Assembly (NCBI GenBank): GCA_965223265.1
Contig: OZ244999.1
Span: 2,496,001 to 2,560,000, forward strand
Direction of reading: 5' to 3'
Origin: Planctomycetota bacterium
GTDB taxonomy: Bacteria; Planctomycetota; UBA8108; SXIK01
DNA: 64,000 nucleotides
Shown in pieces: positions 26,723 through 37,036 of the stretch. The notes beneath the pieces were generated by a model. That model saw only the letters and a list, made by a program, of their open reading frames with translations. It ran no database searches and was not told the DNA's origin. Position numbers and translations under genes: made by a program. Position 1 is the stretch's first letter. Each line of letters opens with the position of its first letter.

Positions 26723-28512
26723 TGGATGACTTTGAAATTCAACTGAAGAGTCTACCGTTGCTCCAGGTGCCGGACTCGCTGGATGTCCGCGTACTGGCAG
26801 ACGTACTGGACGACACGAGCGAGAGCCCGAGACCTTCGGCACGCGGCACGCGAGGCGCGTGGATTTGGAAGTGTGTCGCGGCCGCTTTGGTGGTTGGCGC
26901 GATAGGCGTCGCGATCACCCTTGCGCTGCGATCGCGTCCGCATGACGTGGCCGTCCATCGACCGGCGCGGTCGCTCGTCTTCCCGCAGGAAACTTCGATC
27001 GGCAAGATCCAGACAAGGATTGCGAGCGGGCGCACGTTTTTAGAGGTGGAAGCCCCGTGGACGGAGTTAGGTGTGGCTCAGGGCGAGTTGGCGGTGCCGG
27101 CCGGGACTGAGGTTCGCCTTGACGTCAGTCCGCGAGTGAAAGACCTCTCACCTCTCGCTCGCCTCGCACCTGATGCGCTCGATAGCCTCATGCTTTGGGG
27201 AAACGGACCTAGCGAGAGCGGGTTGAAGCCGCTCGCGCATCTCAGCGGCCTCCGTCAGCTCAACGTCAGCTATCGACGCTTCTCTGGATCGCTTGAGCCA
27301 CTCGCGGGACTGCGCGCGCTTGAGCATCTCAGTCTCTCGACGGGCGGGGAGCTCGAGGACGATGATCTGCGCTTTGTCAACGGGCTGCGCAAGCTGCAGA
27401 CTCTATGGATCCCGCGCAGTCGGATCAGCGACGACGGTCTACGGCACTTCCGGGGTTCGCAGAGCTTGAATTCTCTCTTGCTGGGGGACGCGAGGGTCAC
27501 GGGGTCCGGGCTATCCCACCTCGCCGGTCTGCCTTTGACTCGCCTAGGGCTTGTCGGGAGTCCCCTGATGGGTGATGGCTTGCGTCACCTTGGGAACCTA
27601 CCCCGACTCAAGTCGCTGTTGCTCGGAGACAGCGAACGACGCGCCGTAAGTGACCTCGGCGACGGATGGATCGTCCACGTCGCACAATTGCCGGAGATTG
27701 AAGAGCTCAACATTTTCCGAGTGGCGTTGAGCGAGAGGTCGGTCGAGCAGCTCACTCGGCTGAAGTCGCTACGTCGTTTGTGGCTTGTTGGTTGCCCGAT
27801 CGCCGATACGGAGTTGGAGCGCATCGCCGCGCTTTCGTGGTTGGAAAGTCTCAATCTAGGTGAGACCCGTGTGACGAACCGTGGCCTGGCCGCCCTCCAA
27901 TCGATGAACTCACTCGAGACCCTCAATCTGACGGGCACGGCAGTTACCGACGAAGGATTGAGCTCGCTCCAGAAATTGCCGAATTTGGCGTACCTCCGAG
28001 TGAGGAGAACGAAGGTTACGGCGGCCGGGTTAGCCCAACTGCAGCAGCTGCACGCTTATCAAGTCGTGCACCAGCGTTTGGGGAACAGGGCTGAAATCGG
28101 CGCGGCGGCGCCCCTCTTTACGGTCACAACACTTCAGGGGGATCGGCTCGATCTGGCGAGCTATCGAGGCAAGCTTGTTCTCCTCGTGTTTTCGAGTTCG
28201 TGGGACTCGGGCGTCGACCCAGGTGCGCTTAAGGAACTCCACGAGACTTTTCGTCGACAGTCTCGATTCGTCATGATTGGGCTAGGCATGGACCACGAAC
28301 GAGAGAGCACAACGCGTCGAACAGAGAACCACGGGCTGACCTGGCCTTGGGCTTTCATCTCGTGGCGGGACTGGCCCGACGGCGTTGCCGGTGCCTACGG
28401 CGTCGATGCGACGCCAGCATTCATTCTCGTCGATGAAGACGGTCAGCTGATTTGGCGCGGGGTCGGCGATATCTCCGCTGCGCGTGAAGCGATCGCGGCG
28501 GCGCTCGAGTAA
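26719..28512 (+). CDS. Putative anti-sigma factor: TM + leucine-rich repeats + thioredoxin-like (TlpA) domain
   Basis: Overlaps the sigma stop. Short cytoplasmic N-terminus, one TM, about 12 LxxLxL LRRs (LESLNLGETRVTNRGL), C-terminal IGAAAPLFT...GKLVLLVF...YGVDATPAFILVD. Confidence 0.8.
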   Translation: MMDDFEIQLKSLPLLQVPDSLDVRVLADVLDDTSESPRPSARGTRGAWIWKCVAAALVVGAIGVAITLALRSRPHDVAVHRPARSLVFPQETSIGKIQTRIASGRTFLEVEAPWTELGVAQGELAVPAGTEVRLDVSPRVKDLSPLARLAPDALDSLMLWGNGPSESGLKPLAHLSGLRQLNVSYRRFSGSLEPLAGLRALEHLSLSTGGELEDDDLRFVNGLRKLQTLWIPRSRISDDGLRHFRGSQSLNSLLLGDARVTGSGLSHLAGLPLTRLGLVGSPLMGDGLRHLGNLPRLKSLLLGDSERRAVSDLGDGWIVHVAQLPEIEELNIFRVALSERSVEQLTRLKSLRRLWLVGCPIADTELERIAALSWLESLNLGETRVTNRGLAALQSMNSLETLNLTGTAVTDEGLSSLQKLPNLAYLRVRRTKVTAAGLAQLQQLHAYQVVHQRLGNRAEIGAAAPLFTVTTLQGDRLDLASYRGKLVLLVFSSSWDSGVDPGALKELHETFRRQSRFVMIGLGMDHERESTTRRTENHGLTWPWAFISWRDWPDGVAGAYGVDATPAFILVDEDGQLIWRGVGDISAAREAIAAALE

Positions 28513-28589
28513 CGGGCGCGACTGGAGCTCGAGGTCGCACAGCTGTAGCGGCCGGAGTCTTCTTCGGTGCGCTCTGTAAAGGTGTCAGC

Positions 28590-31076
28590 TCACTCCGCAC
28601 CCGTGCCCGCGACCGCCGCCGGCAGCTCGCTCGACCACACGATGTCGATCGTCGCGTCGCCGTAGATCGGGTCGCCGTTCTCATCGCGCGCTGTCGCGCG
28701 AATCGTCAGCGGCATGTTGAACGGCCCCGCCAGCTCAGCTGCGCGAAGAACGAGGCGGGCACTGCTTTCGGACGCGGCCACGTCGACCGGCGCCGCGCTC
28801 AGGCCGCTCATATGCGATGGGACGATCAACTCCACCGTGACCGGAGAGTCCAGGTCTGGGGCGCGACCGACCTTAGCGTTCAGCGTCACTTGAGAGTTCG
28901 GTGAGAGAACGACGGAGGGGCGGTCAAGTGAAACGTTGAGGCGTCCCGAGGTCACGCTCAAGACGAGCTGCGGGGATTCGGTGTTGGAAAACGCCACTCG
29001 ATGCTTCGTGCCGTCCGGCTCCTCGATCTCGCCGATGGCGACAATGAGGACGCGACCCGTCCGCGCGATTTCCATGAGCGGGCGCAACTGCACCGTGTAT
29101 TCGAACTCATCGACGCCAGCTGGAACAACGAGCGGCTTGGCGGTGACGCCTTGAAGGTGGCGACGCTGCTTTTCGGCGAGCCTGATCGTGAGTGGACCCT
29201 CGTACCCATTTCGCTTGATGCGAAACGGCTCGGTGACGGCGCAGCCGCGAGGAGCGCGCGAGTAGTACGGGCCCGTGCGGTGAATCTCAAACGGTGTGCT
29301 CAACGTGACAGCCACGAGTACATCCTCGATGGGAAGCTCGCCGCGCCGTCCAGGTTTCATCGCTGTGCGCTCGACTCGAATGCCGCCCAAGTCGACTCGC
29401 CCGCGGACGCGGAGAGCGCTGCCGCGGATGGCGGCAGTGTCGTCGGCTACGAGCGGGATCGACGCGGAGTTTTTGTCCGCAGGAATCACAACTGACTCGG
29501 CAGTGACTCCCGGCGGCAAGTTGTCCACGATGAGCTCAATCGGATCCTTCGTTCGGCCCATGCGTCGCGCCGTCACCGCCACCGACCCTTTGCCGCCGCG
29601 CTTGAGGCTGAGCGCGTCCTGCGGAAGAGTGAGTTCAAAATCTGGACGCTCTAGCGACCGTAGATGGAGCCGGTAGGCGAACGCCGGGCCACCACGCGAG
29701 CGAAAGCGCTCGGCGACGCGCACCTGGTAGACGCCGTCAGCAGGTGGATCAAACTCGAGCTGCGAATCGGTGTTGCCGCCCGTGTCGTCCGCGCGTGCGA
29801 GCTCGCTCCCGTCCGCAGCGACAACTGTGATCACGGAGTCGAGCGGGCTGCCCAGCTCGGCGGCGTCGAGGTCGATGATCACAGGTGCACCCTTCCGTGC
29901 TTCAAAAGCCCACGCGTCCATGTCGCCAGGAGCGCCGACGCGGCCGTTGAGTGTCACCGGAGGAGCGGCGGCGTTTTCCACACATTGAACCTCCGCGGTC
30001 TCGACTTCGAGGCGCTCGGGAGCGTCGCCGAGCTGCAAGAAAACCGTATTGGAATAGGCGCCGTCGCGCTCGAGTCGATAGCCATAATCGCTCGAGCCCG
30101 TCGGCGGCAGACGCACTGTCCGGGCCTCCGTGCGGCGTGCACCTGCAGTCTCCGTACCAAGCTCGAGCGCGAGCTCGCCGCCGCGCTGGCCACCGAGCGG
30201 ATAGTTCCAGGCGACGTGCACACCGCGCGACACGGTGAGGCGGTAGACGTAGCTCTGCGCGCCGTTGTACTTGACGTCGCTCAGGTGAATCTGATAGACG
30301 CCGTCGACAGTGGCGATCAAGTTCAGGAATGGATCACGATTCGTGCCGCTCGTCTCTTCAGCGATCTTGCTGCCTTCGGGATCGAGAACGACCAGACGCG
30401 CATCGAGGGGCGACTCCAGACGTGCCGCGCTCACTTCGATGTTATAGCTCTCGCCAGCCCGAGCGTCGAACGTCCACACATCGACGTCTTCGCGTGGGAA
30501 GATGCGCCCGTTCACGGTCACAGGCAACTCGATCTTTTCCGGGAGCGGCGCGCCGTCTGCCTCCGCTTCCACGATCTCCGGCAGGTCGCCGACGACGAAG
30601 CGCCGCGCCGGCGTAGCTCCCTGAGCCGTCCACACGCGCCAATAGCGGTCGCCCAACGGCGCCGTGGCATGAATCGTCACTTCGCCGGCGTGATCCGACG
30701 GGTAGTCGTCTCCTTTGAGCGACAGCGGCCGACGCACGAGAGGGCCTTCAAACCACACCGTGTCGATCTCATGAATCCTGTCCCGCGCCTCGACGCCGGG
30801 ACCGCTCATGCCGAAGCTCGCTTCGCCGAGGAGGAATTGACCGCCAACGCGCACGTTCACCGTGGTTCCCCGCTGGCCGCCGGCCGGAAAGATGTACATG
30901 GCGGCCGGGTGATAGTACTGCGCCACCGATACGCTCGCCCAGCAGACCGCGAACAGGATCGCCAGCGTCACCAGCCGCGTCAGGCCATGGCGTGTGGCTC
31001 GCGACGAAGTTTGGTGGGACGCGCGGGCCATCCAGCCGCGCTCGATAGGCAGACGTAGGGGGAAACGTGACGGCAT
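28590..31076 (-). CDS. Planctomycete PPC-domain (pre-peptidase C-terminal repeat) secreted protein
   Basis: Signal-like segment then IFPAGGQRGT, LPVTVNGRI...DVD, SPLDARL/SPLDSVI repeats. Start is uncertain (31076 or 31031); the 31685 extension overlaps the DUF1501 gene. Confidence 0.75.
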   Translation of the reverse strand: MPSRFPLRLPIERGWMARASHQTSSRATRHGLTRLVTLAILFAVCWASVSVAQYYHPAAMYIFPAGGQRGTTVNVRVGGQFLLGEASFGMSGPGVEARDRIHEIDTVWFEGPLVRRPLSLKGDDYPSDHAGEVTIHATAPLGDRYWRVWTAQGATPARRFVVGDLPEIVEAEADGAPLPEKIELPVTVNGRIFPREDVDVWTFDARAGESYNIEVSAARLESPLDARLVVLDPEGSKIAEETSGTNRDPFLNLIATVDGVYQIHLSDVKYNGAQSYVYRLTVSRGVHVAWNYPLGGQRGGELALELGTETAGARRTEARTVRLPPTGSSDYGYRLERDGAYSNTVFLQLGDAPERLEVETAEVQCVENAAAPPVTLNGRVGAPGDMDAWAFEARKGAPVIIDLDAAELGSPLDSVITVVAADGSELARADDTGGNTDSQLEFDPPADGVYQVRVAERFRSRGGPAFAYRLHLRSLERPDFELTLPQDALSLKRGGKGSVAVTARRMGRTKDPIELIVDNLPPGVTAESVVIPADKNSASIPLVADDTAAIRGSALRVRGRVDLGGIRVERTAMKPGRRGELPIEDVLVAVTLSTPFEIHRTGPYYSRAPRGCAVTEPFRIKRNGYEGPLTIRLAEKQRRHLQGVTAKPLVVPAGVDEFEYTVQLRPLMEIARTGRVLIVAIGEIEEPDGTKHRVAFSNTESPQLVLSVTSGRLNVSLDRPSVVLSPNSQVTLNAKVGRAPDLDSPVTVELIVPSHMSGLSAAPVDVAASESSARLVLRAAELAGPFNMPLTIRATARDENGDPIYGDATIDIVWSSELPAAVAGTGAE

Positions 31077-31137
31077 AGCTTGTCTTTCACTCAGTGTTAT
31101 TCGCCCTGCGAGTAGACCGGCCGGCAAGAAGTTTCTA

Positions 31138-32484
31138 TCAGAGCAGCGAACGGATGACTTGGCCGTCATTGACGATCTTGAAAGGCCTTCCATCCGGCGC
31201 GTGGAACTCTCCGCCCGGGTCGACGCCCATGAGGTGGAGAATGGTCGCTGCCAAGTCTTCGGGCCCGTGCGGGTCGGCCGCCGGCTTCGCTGCGATCGCG
31301 TCGCTGCGGCCGACGACGCGGCCGCCGTGGACGCCACCGCCGCCCACGGCCACGGTGAACGCACTACTCCAGTGGCCGCGGCCGCCGTTATCGACGCGCG
31401 GCGTACGTCCGAACTCGCCGGTGACGACCACGAGGGTCTTCTCGAGCATGCCGCGATCGGCGAGATCGCGAAAGAGCGTCGACATGGCGGGATCAAGACT
31501 TGGCAGGAGATGTCCTTTGAGAAGCTTGAAGTTGTCGCCGTGCGTATCCCAGTTGACGTGCTCGATCGTGACGCAGCGCACGCCAGCCTCGACGAGACGA
31601 CGTGCCATGAGGCAGCTCTGACCGAGCGTCGTACGGCCGTACTCGTCGCGCAGCTTCTCCGCCTCCAAGTTGATGTCGAACGCACGCTTGGCGGCGGGAG
31701 ACGTCATCAGCGAAAAGGCTTTCTGACGAAAGACGTTCAGCGTCTTCGCAGACTGGTTCGCCTGCGTTTCGACTCCCTTCTCGAAGCGTCCCAGACGACT
31801 GAGCAGATGCTGTCTGGAGTCCAGGCGCGCCGGGTCAACGCTGAAAGGCGGGGCGAGATCGGGGACGGCGAAATCCGGTGCGTTCGGATCGGCACCGATG
31901 ACGAACGGCTCCGAGCTCGGCCCGAGAAACGCGGCGCCGGCGCTCTTGTGCATCGTCGGCAGGCAGACGTAGGGGGGAACTGAGCCTTTGGGGCCGAGCT
32001 CATGCGAGATGATGGAGCCGAACGACGGCCGCTCGTTGTTCGGATTCAAAGCACGGTTGAACGACGCCGTTGGGTGGTAGCCGGTCAGCATGTAGTGATC
32101 GGCGAGACCGTGACCTGAGTTCGTGTGCGTCAGCGAGCGGATGAACGAGACCTTGTCCATCTGCGTCGCCAGCTTCGGCATGTGCTCGCAAACTTGGATG
32201 CCCGGAACGTTCGTCGAGATCGGTTGGAACTCACCCCGAAACTCGCTCGGCGCGTCCGGCTTCAAATCCCACGAATCGATCGTGCTCAAACCGCCGCGCA
32301 AGAAGACGTAGATGAGCGACATCTCGCTATCGACAGGTCTTTTCCCCTCGGAGGCTGTCGCAGCGTGCGCCTGCGCCTCGAGCAGGTAGGGAAGCGAGAG
32401 TCCCATGCCGAACAGATTTGCGCTGCCGATGCGAAGGAACTCACGCCGTTCGACTCCGTCGCACTGTTTCCGACTGATCTTCAT
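31138..32484 (-). CDS. DUF1501 domain protein (Tat)
   Basis: RREFL, GGLSTIDSWDLKPDAP, CLMARRLVEAGVR, WDTH, GEFGRTP, GRGHW. Confidence 0.9.
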   Translation of the reverse strand: MKISRKQCDGVERREFLRIGSANLFGMGLSLPYLLEAQAHAATASEGKRPVDSEMSLIYVFLRGGLSTIDSWDLKPDAPSEFRGEFQPISTNVPGIQVCEHMPKLATQMDKVSFIRSLTHTNSGHGLADHYMLTGYHPTASFNRALNPNNERPSFGSIISHELGPKGSVPPYVCLPTMHKSAGAAFLGPSSEPFVIGADPNAPDFAVPDLAPPFSVDPARLDSRQHLLSRLGRFEKGVETQANQSAKTLNVFRQKAFSLMTSPAAKRAFDINLEAEKLRDEYGRTTLGQSCLMARRLVEAGVRCVTIEHVNWDTHGDNFKLLKGHLLPSLDPAMSTLFRDLADRGMLEKTLVVVTGEFGRTPRVDNGGRGHWSSAFTVAVGGGGVHGGRVVGRSDAIAAKPAADPHGPEDLAATILHLMGVDPGGEFHAPDGRPFKIVNDGQVIRSLL

Positions 32485-32549
32485 ATCGTATGACCCTTGC
32501 AGTGAACCGTTTCGATTTTGAGTCTTGTGATCAGATTTCGATCGTGTTC

Positions 32550-35051
32550 CTAGTGATTGAGCGCGAACTCAAGCGAGTTGAGTAGGCTCCACGCTAAATC
32601 CACCGCGGCTTGCCGTCGCCGCGAGCGATGAGAGCTGAGATGCTTCGCGGCGAACTCCTGCTCTTCCGCGGTGGGATATCGATTGTAGAAACTGAGATAA
32701 ACTTCAGTCACGAGTTTGGCGTCGTCCCGGATCTCGCGTTCGAGGCGAGCTACGGTGCCGCCGTCGTGGACGAGCTTGTTGTGGATGAGTGGCGAGTTCA
32801 TCAGGTGAAGGACCTGCGCAACGTTGGGCTCGCTCACCCGTTCGCATTCGCAAGCGCTCTTGCGAATGGGGCGCCCGAAGAGATCCAAAAAGTCGTGTTC
32901 GACCTGACTGTCCCAGAGGGCGATGGCTCGCTGGCCGTACGGCACGCCGCCGAATTTTTCGGGCACGCCGGTGACCTGGCACACCGCATCGAGGAGAACT
33001 TCCGCTTCGAGCGGTTTGAGAAGGGCGCGAGAGTAGTTTTGCTCGTCGTTTTGGTTCGTCGCGTTTGGTGTTGATGAAAGACCGTAGACGCGTGACGCGG
33101 TGATGGTACGAATCAGTGCCCGCAGATCGAAGCCGCTCTCAACGAAGTAAGCTGCGAGCGCATCATGCAGCTCGGCGTTACTGGGTGGGTTCGTGGCGCG
33201 AAAGTCGTCGACTGGCTCGACAAGACCGCGGCCCATGAAGTGCGCCCAGACGCGATTCGTCAGGTTGTGCGCAAACCACGGATTTTTTGCCGCGGTCAGC
33301 CAGTCGGCAAGAACGAGCCGACGGTCGCCGCTCGGCGCTGCGCTCGGCATGCTCGTACCGAGCGCGTGGGCGTAAACGACCTTGCCACTGCGTGGGTGCT
33401 TGGTCTCGGGATTGCCAGCGGCCATGAGAAACTCGCCGCGTGGCGACTTCTTCGTCTCGAGCTGCGTGAAGAAATCCACCATGCCATAGTAGTCAGTCTG
33501 ACTCCAACGATCGTAGGGATGATGGTGGCACTCAGCGCAGTCGATCCGTAGTCCCAGGAACACCTGGGAAACCGTGGTGGCGCGCGCGCCTGGTTTTTCG
33601 ACGACGCGAAAGAGGCTTCCCTGGGGCGCCTCGTCGAGAGGGCCTTCTGCCGTCAGGATTTCGTAGACGAATCGATCCAGCGGCTTGTTCTCGGCGAGAC
33701 TGTCGCGGATCCAGCGGTAGTATTCGTAGGCGCCTTTATGTCCGAGGACGTCACGATCAACGCGCAGGCGGTCGGCCCACTTGAGAGCCCAATACGTCGC
33801 ATATTCCGGGCGCTCGAAGAGAGCCTCCACCAAGCGCGCTCGCTTGTCGGACGCCTTGTCGGCGATGAAGCGCCGGGTCTCGTCCACCGTCGGCAGAGTG
33901 CCAATCACATCGAGAAAGACGCGGCGGAGAAAATCAGCGTCGCTGGCTGGCCCTGACGGGACGACATTCAGCTTGCGCAGTTTCGCGTAGACCAGCTCGT
34001 CGATGAAATTGTTGGCGACAAGCTGCGGGTAGTCGTCAATCGTTTCCGCACGGGGTATCAGGGCGCGAAAAGTATTCACCGCGCCATGAAAGTTCGCCAT
34101 GATGGCGACCTGGCCGGGGATGCTCCCGACGGTCACAAGACCGAACTCGTCGACCGAAGCCAGCCCTTCATTGTTCGATTGATACTTGGCGAGCGGCGTC
34201 ACGTCGACCTCATGCCCGTCGCTGTAGGTGGCGACGACGCGCAGCTGCTGCGTGCTCTTCATGCGCAAACGGCGTTCACCCGGCGTCACGACGATGCCGC
34301 GGACCGTCGGCGCGTCGTCGCGTCCATACGGGACGCCTGCACGCATCCAACCGCGCAGCGTCTGGTATGCCCACGAGTCGACCTCAAAGCGCCGCCCGCC
34401 ACCGTGAGGAATCTGGTTCGTGGCTTTGCGCAGAAGGAGGCTAAGGTCCGGGGCGGCGAACGAGACGCGTCGGCCCCGGGCGTCAGCGACGAGCTCGTCG
34501 TAGTCGGCGGCGGCGTCAAAGCCAAACACCGAGAGCTGAAAGCCGTTCTGGCCGCCGTTGGCCTTGGCGTGGCAACCGGAGCCGTTGCAGCCGAAGCGCG
34601 TCATGATCGGCAGAACGTCATTCTCAAAATGAAACTCCCTGGGGCGGTCGAAATCTCTCACCTCAACGGCAACCTCGACGCTGCGTCCAGCAGCTTCGAC
34701 TTCGATGGCGGCGGACCCGGCAGCGACCGCGCTCACGACCCCGCGCTCGGAGACGAGCGCGATCTCAGGGTGTCGTGAGCGGAACCGAGCCTCGTGGGTG
34801 AGATCAAACTCGGGCAATAACTCCTCGGGCAATAACTCACCGCCGTCGGGGGCCTTCGCGGCTCGGCCGTGGACGAGAATCGAGTAGGTTTCGGTGGCGC
34901 CGCGCAGAATGATCGACCGCGGCGAGACTCGGATTTCGGTTTCTCCGGCTGCGGCCGTGACCTCGGAACCGTGGACACTGCGGTCGGCTGGGGTGCTCAG
35001 GGCCCCGAGAAGCGACAGGCAGAGAATCGCTAGAAACAGCAAACAGCTCAT
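32550..35051 (-). CDS. DUF1549/DUF1553 (PSD1) protein with Ig-like domains
   Basis: FENDVLP...GCNGSGCH, NNFIDELV, FLRRVFLDVIGTLPT, CAECHHHPYD, NRVWAHFMGRGLVEPVDD, LLNSLEF. Confidence 0.9.
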   Translation of the reverse strand: MSCLLFLAILCLSLLGALSTPADRSVHGSEVTAAAGETEIRVSPRSIILRGATETYSILVHGRAAKAPDGGELLPEELLPEFDLTHEARFRSRHPEIALVSERGVVSAVAAGSAAIEVEAAGRSVEVAVEVRDFDRPREFHFENDVLPIMTRFGCNGSGCHAKANGGQNGFQLSVFGFDAAADYDELVADARGRRVSFAAPDLSLLLRKATNQIPHGGGRRFEVDSWAYQTLRGWMRAGVPYGRDDAPTVRGIVVTPGERRLRMKSTQQLRVVATYSDGHEVDVTPLAKYQSNNEGLASVDEFGLVTVGSIPGQVAIMANFHGAVNTFRALIPRAETIDDYPQLVANNFIDELVYAKLRKLNVVPSGPASDADFLRRVFLDVIGTLPTVDETRRFIADKASDKRARLVEALFERPEYATYWALKWADRLRVDRDVLGHKGAYEYYRWIRDSLAENKPLDRFVYEILTAEGPLDEAPQGSLFRVVEKPGARATTVSQVFLGLRIDCAECHHHPYDRWSQTDYYGMVDFFTQLETKKSPRGEFLMAAGNPETKHPRSGKVVYAHALGTSMPSAAPSGDRRLVLADWLTAAKNPWFAHNLTNRVWAHFMGRGLVEPVDDFRATNPPSNAELHDALAAYFVESGFDLRALIRTITASRVYGLSSTPNATNQNDEQNYSRALLKPLEAEVLLDAVCQVTGVPEKFGGVPYGQRAIALWDSQVEHDFLDLFGRPIRKSACECERVSEPNVAQVLHLMNSPLIHNKLVHDGGTVARLEREIRDDAKLVTEVYLSFYNRYPTAEEQEFAAKHLSSHRSRRRQAAVDLAWSLLNSLEFALNH

Positions 35052-35334
35052 ACGGCCCGCACCTGTTGACTGGAGGAGGAACTTGCTCGTTTGAATCGAA
35101 GCCGTTGTCGTGGCTTGGGTTACACCACGCGCCGGCTACGACCGGCATAGCCTAACGGAAACACCGAAGACTGTTCAACAACCTTCGCCTCAGCGTTCAG
35201 GATTCGCGGCTGCTCGCGGTCGACGAGTCGCGCCTCGTCCGGAGAACGTGCGAGGTGGTGTCGGCTTCGTAAGTTATTTGATCGAAGTGCTTTGTGAGCT
35301 TTCGGGGCCGCCATCCGTGGCCTGTCAGATGCCC

Positions 35335-36867
35335 TCAGCCCTCCGTCAACTGGCGAACGAGTTCCATTGCGTGGTCTTCGTAAAGGCGCTGCCAACCAGC
35401 CCCTAAAAGGCAGTCGCTGTCCTCCTGCGCGCCGCCGACGTTTCGTAGCTGCTCTTCGGTGGGGGCGTAGTAGATGTAGCCGTTCGTGTATCCGGCGACG
35501 AATGTGAACGCGTGTTCAGAGGCGCGTTTGATATTGAGCCCGATGCGAACGGTCAACTCGCCTGGGAATGTCGTCAGGACGAAGTCACCGATCCGCAGCC
35601 CCATGAGTTCGACTTCGATGGTGTCTCGGCCGCTGGCAACGCGGCGTGATTCGTGTTTGCGCAGCAGTTTGAGGTTGGTTTGGAGGCGCGTCAGCTCCTC
35701 CATGGTCTGCACGTTGCGCACGTACTGCGTCATGTTGCGGCGGTTTTCTGCGTCGAGCCTGCTGAGGTGTTCTCGGCCAACCGCCTTGTCGTGCAGATAG
35801 CGGTGAGAGTAGTAGGAGGGGAAGTCTCTCGAGAGGTTGTACTTCACAGCGAGGTGAAGGAACGTTTTCAGGTTGAGGCTTGTGCCGGTGAGCGCCGCAA
35901 GTAGGCGCTGCTGCTCGGCTTCCATGGCGGCGATGCGCGTCGCGAGCTTTGCCCTCGGGAGCTCGATCACGCGGCGCACGACGCGGAGTCGAGAGTCCGC
36001 TTTGGTCTGGACCCGGCGAAGTGCTCGCAGGGTGCTGAGCCCAAGCAGGTTGCCGAGTGGCTCCGCGTCTCGCGGGTGGTCGACATCTTTGTACCAGACC
36101 GGATTGATGTCGCCCGCGCACCCCTGCACGAACAGCGCGACTGTCCCGGCGCTCAAGTTGTCCTCAATCACCTGCGAGGCAAACCCCGTCACGTCTGCCG
36201 TGTTACCGCCGCTCGGAACGCCTTGGATCGGGTGGCAAGCGAAATTGTAGACGACCGCCAGAGTACGGCCGTCGGTTCGGTCGAGCCGCAGCACCCCGAT
36301 CTCCGGGTCGACCGGACCGACTGCGACGACGGCATCGTCGGGCGGCAGGGAGTACGCGTGACGCACATCGGCCTCCCTGCCGCTCTTGAGTTTAAGCCGA
36401 CGGTTTTCCATGATCCGGTCTTCATGCCCGGTGCCGGTGCCGACTTTCACCGGCACAACACGCTGAGCAGCGTCTCTCACCGCTTGGACCGTTCGCGCCT
36501 CGATGTCGGAACAAACGACTCCGTGGCAGTGACTGGCGTTGATGAGGACGTTTTCCGGCGCGATCCCGAGTTCTTCCTTCAGACGCGAGCGAACTCGTGC
36601 CAAGTAGTCGTTGCCGATGGAGCCGATCTCGGCAATGGCGACCGCGTCGACCGTGATCAGCACGACGCTGGCCGATTCGGCGCGCAGCACGAGCGCTTTG
36701 ACGTAGAGACGGTCATTGATCGGACCCGCTTCGACGTTCGTGATGTCGACTTTCGCAGCCCCGGCCTGGATCTCGGCGCCGACGATGTGAGGCGGCAGCG
36801 CTGCGGCGGCGCAGAGCCACGCGGTGAGCGTCAGAAGTCGGTAGCGATCCACTCGTCGAGATTTCAT
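35335..36867 (-). CDS. Neutral/alkaline ceramidase-like secreted protein
   Basis: AGAAKVDIT, LYVKALVL, NASHCH, NFACHP, GCAGDINP, FPGEL, GYTNGYIYY. Start is uncertain. Confidence 0.75.
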   Translation of the reverse strand: MKSRRVDRYRLLTLTAWLCAAAALPPHIVGAEIQAGAAKVDITNVEAGPINDRLYVKALVLRAESASVVLITVDAVAIAEIGSIGNDYLARVRSRLKEELGIAPENVLINASHCHGVVCSDIEARTVQAVRDAAQRVVPVKVGTGTGHEDRIMENRRLKLKSGREADVRHAYSLPPDDAVVAVGPVDPEIGVLRLDRTDGRTLAVVYNFACHPIQGVPSGGNTADVTGFASQVIEDNLSAGTVALFVQGCAGDINPVWYKDVDHPRDAEPLGNLLGLSTLRALRRVQTKADSRLRVVRRVIELPRAKLATRIAAMEAEQQRLLAALTGTSLNLKTFLHLAVKYNLSRDFPSYYSHRYLHDKAVGREHLSRLDAENRRNMTQYVRNVQTMEELTRLQTNLKLLRKHESRRVASGRDTIEVELMGLRIGDFVLTTFPGELTVRIGLNIKRASEHAFTFVAGYTNGYIYYAPTEEQLRNVGGAQEDSDCLLGAGWQRLYEDHAMELVRQLTEG

Positions 36868-37036
36868 GCGCCCGACGAATCTGCCGAGAGAGTTACCCGC
36901 GAGTCCGCCAGTGATCGTGTTCCACTTCATGGTGAGCAGCTCCAAGAAGAATACCGAGCGTTGTCAGTGTCATTCGGATGCGTGGTAGGATATCGGCGCA
37001 GAGGGTTCGCGGACGATACCAGAGCTGGAGTATGCC

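Noticed and set aside
29664-31983. Long + strand ORFs (464 aa, 329 aa) and the 1031-aa start at 31685
   Set aside because: Antisense or overlapping to well-supported PPC and DUF1501 genes; typical high-GC shadow frames.
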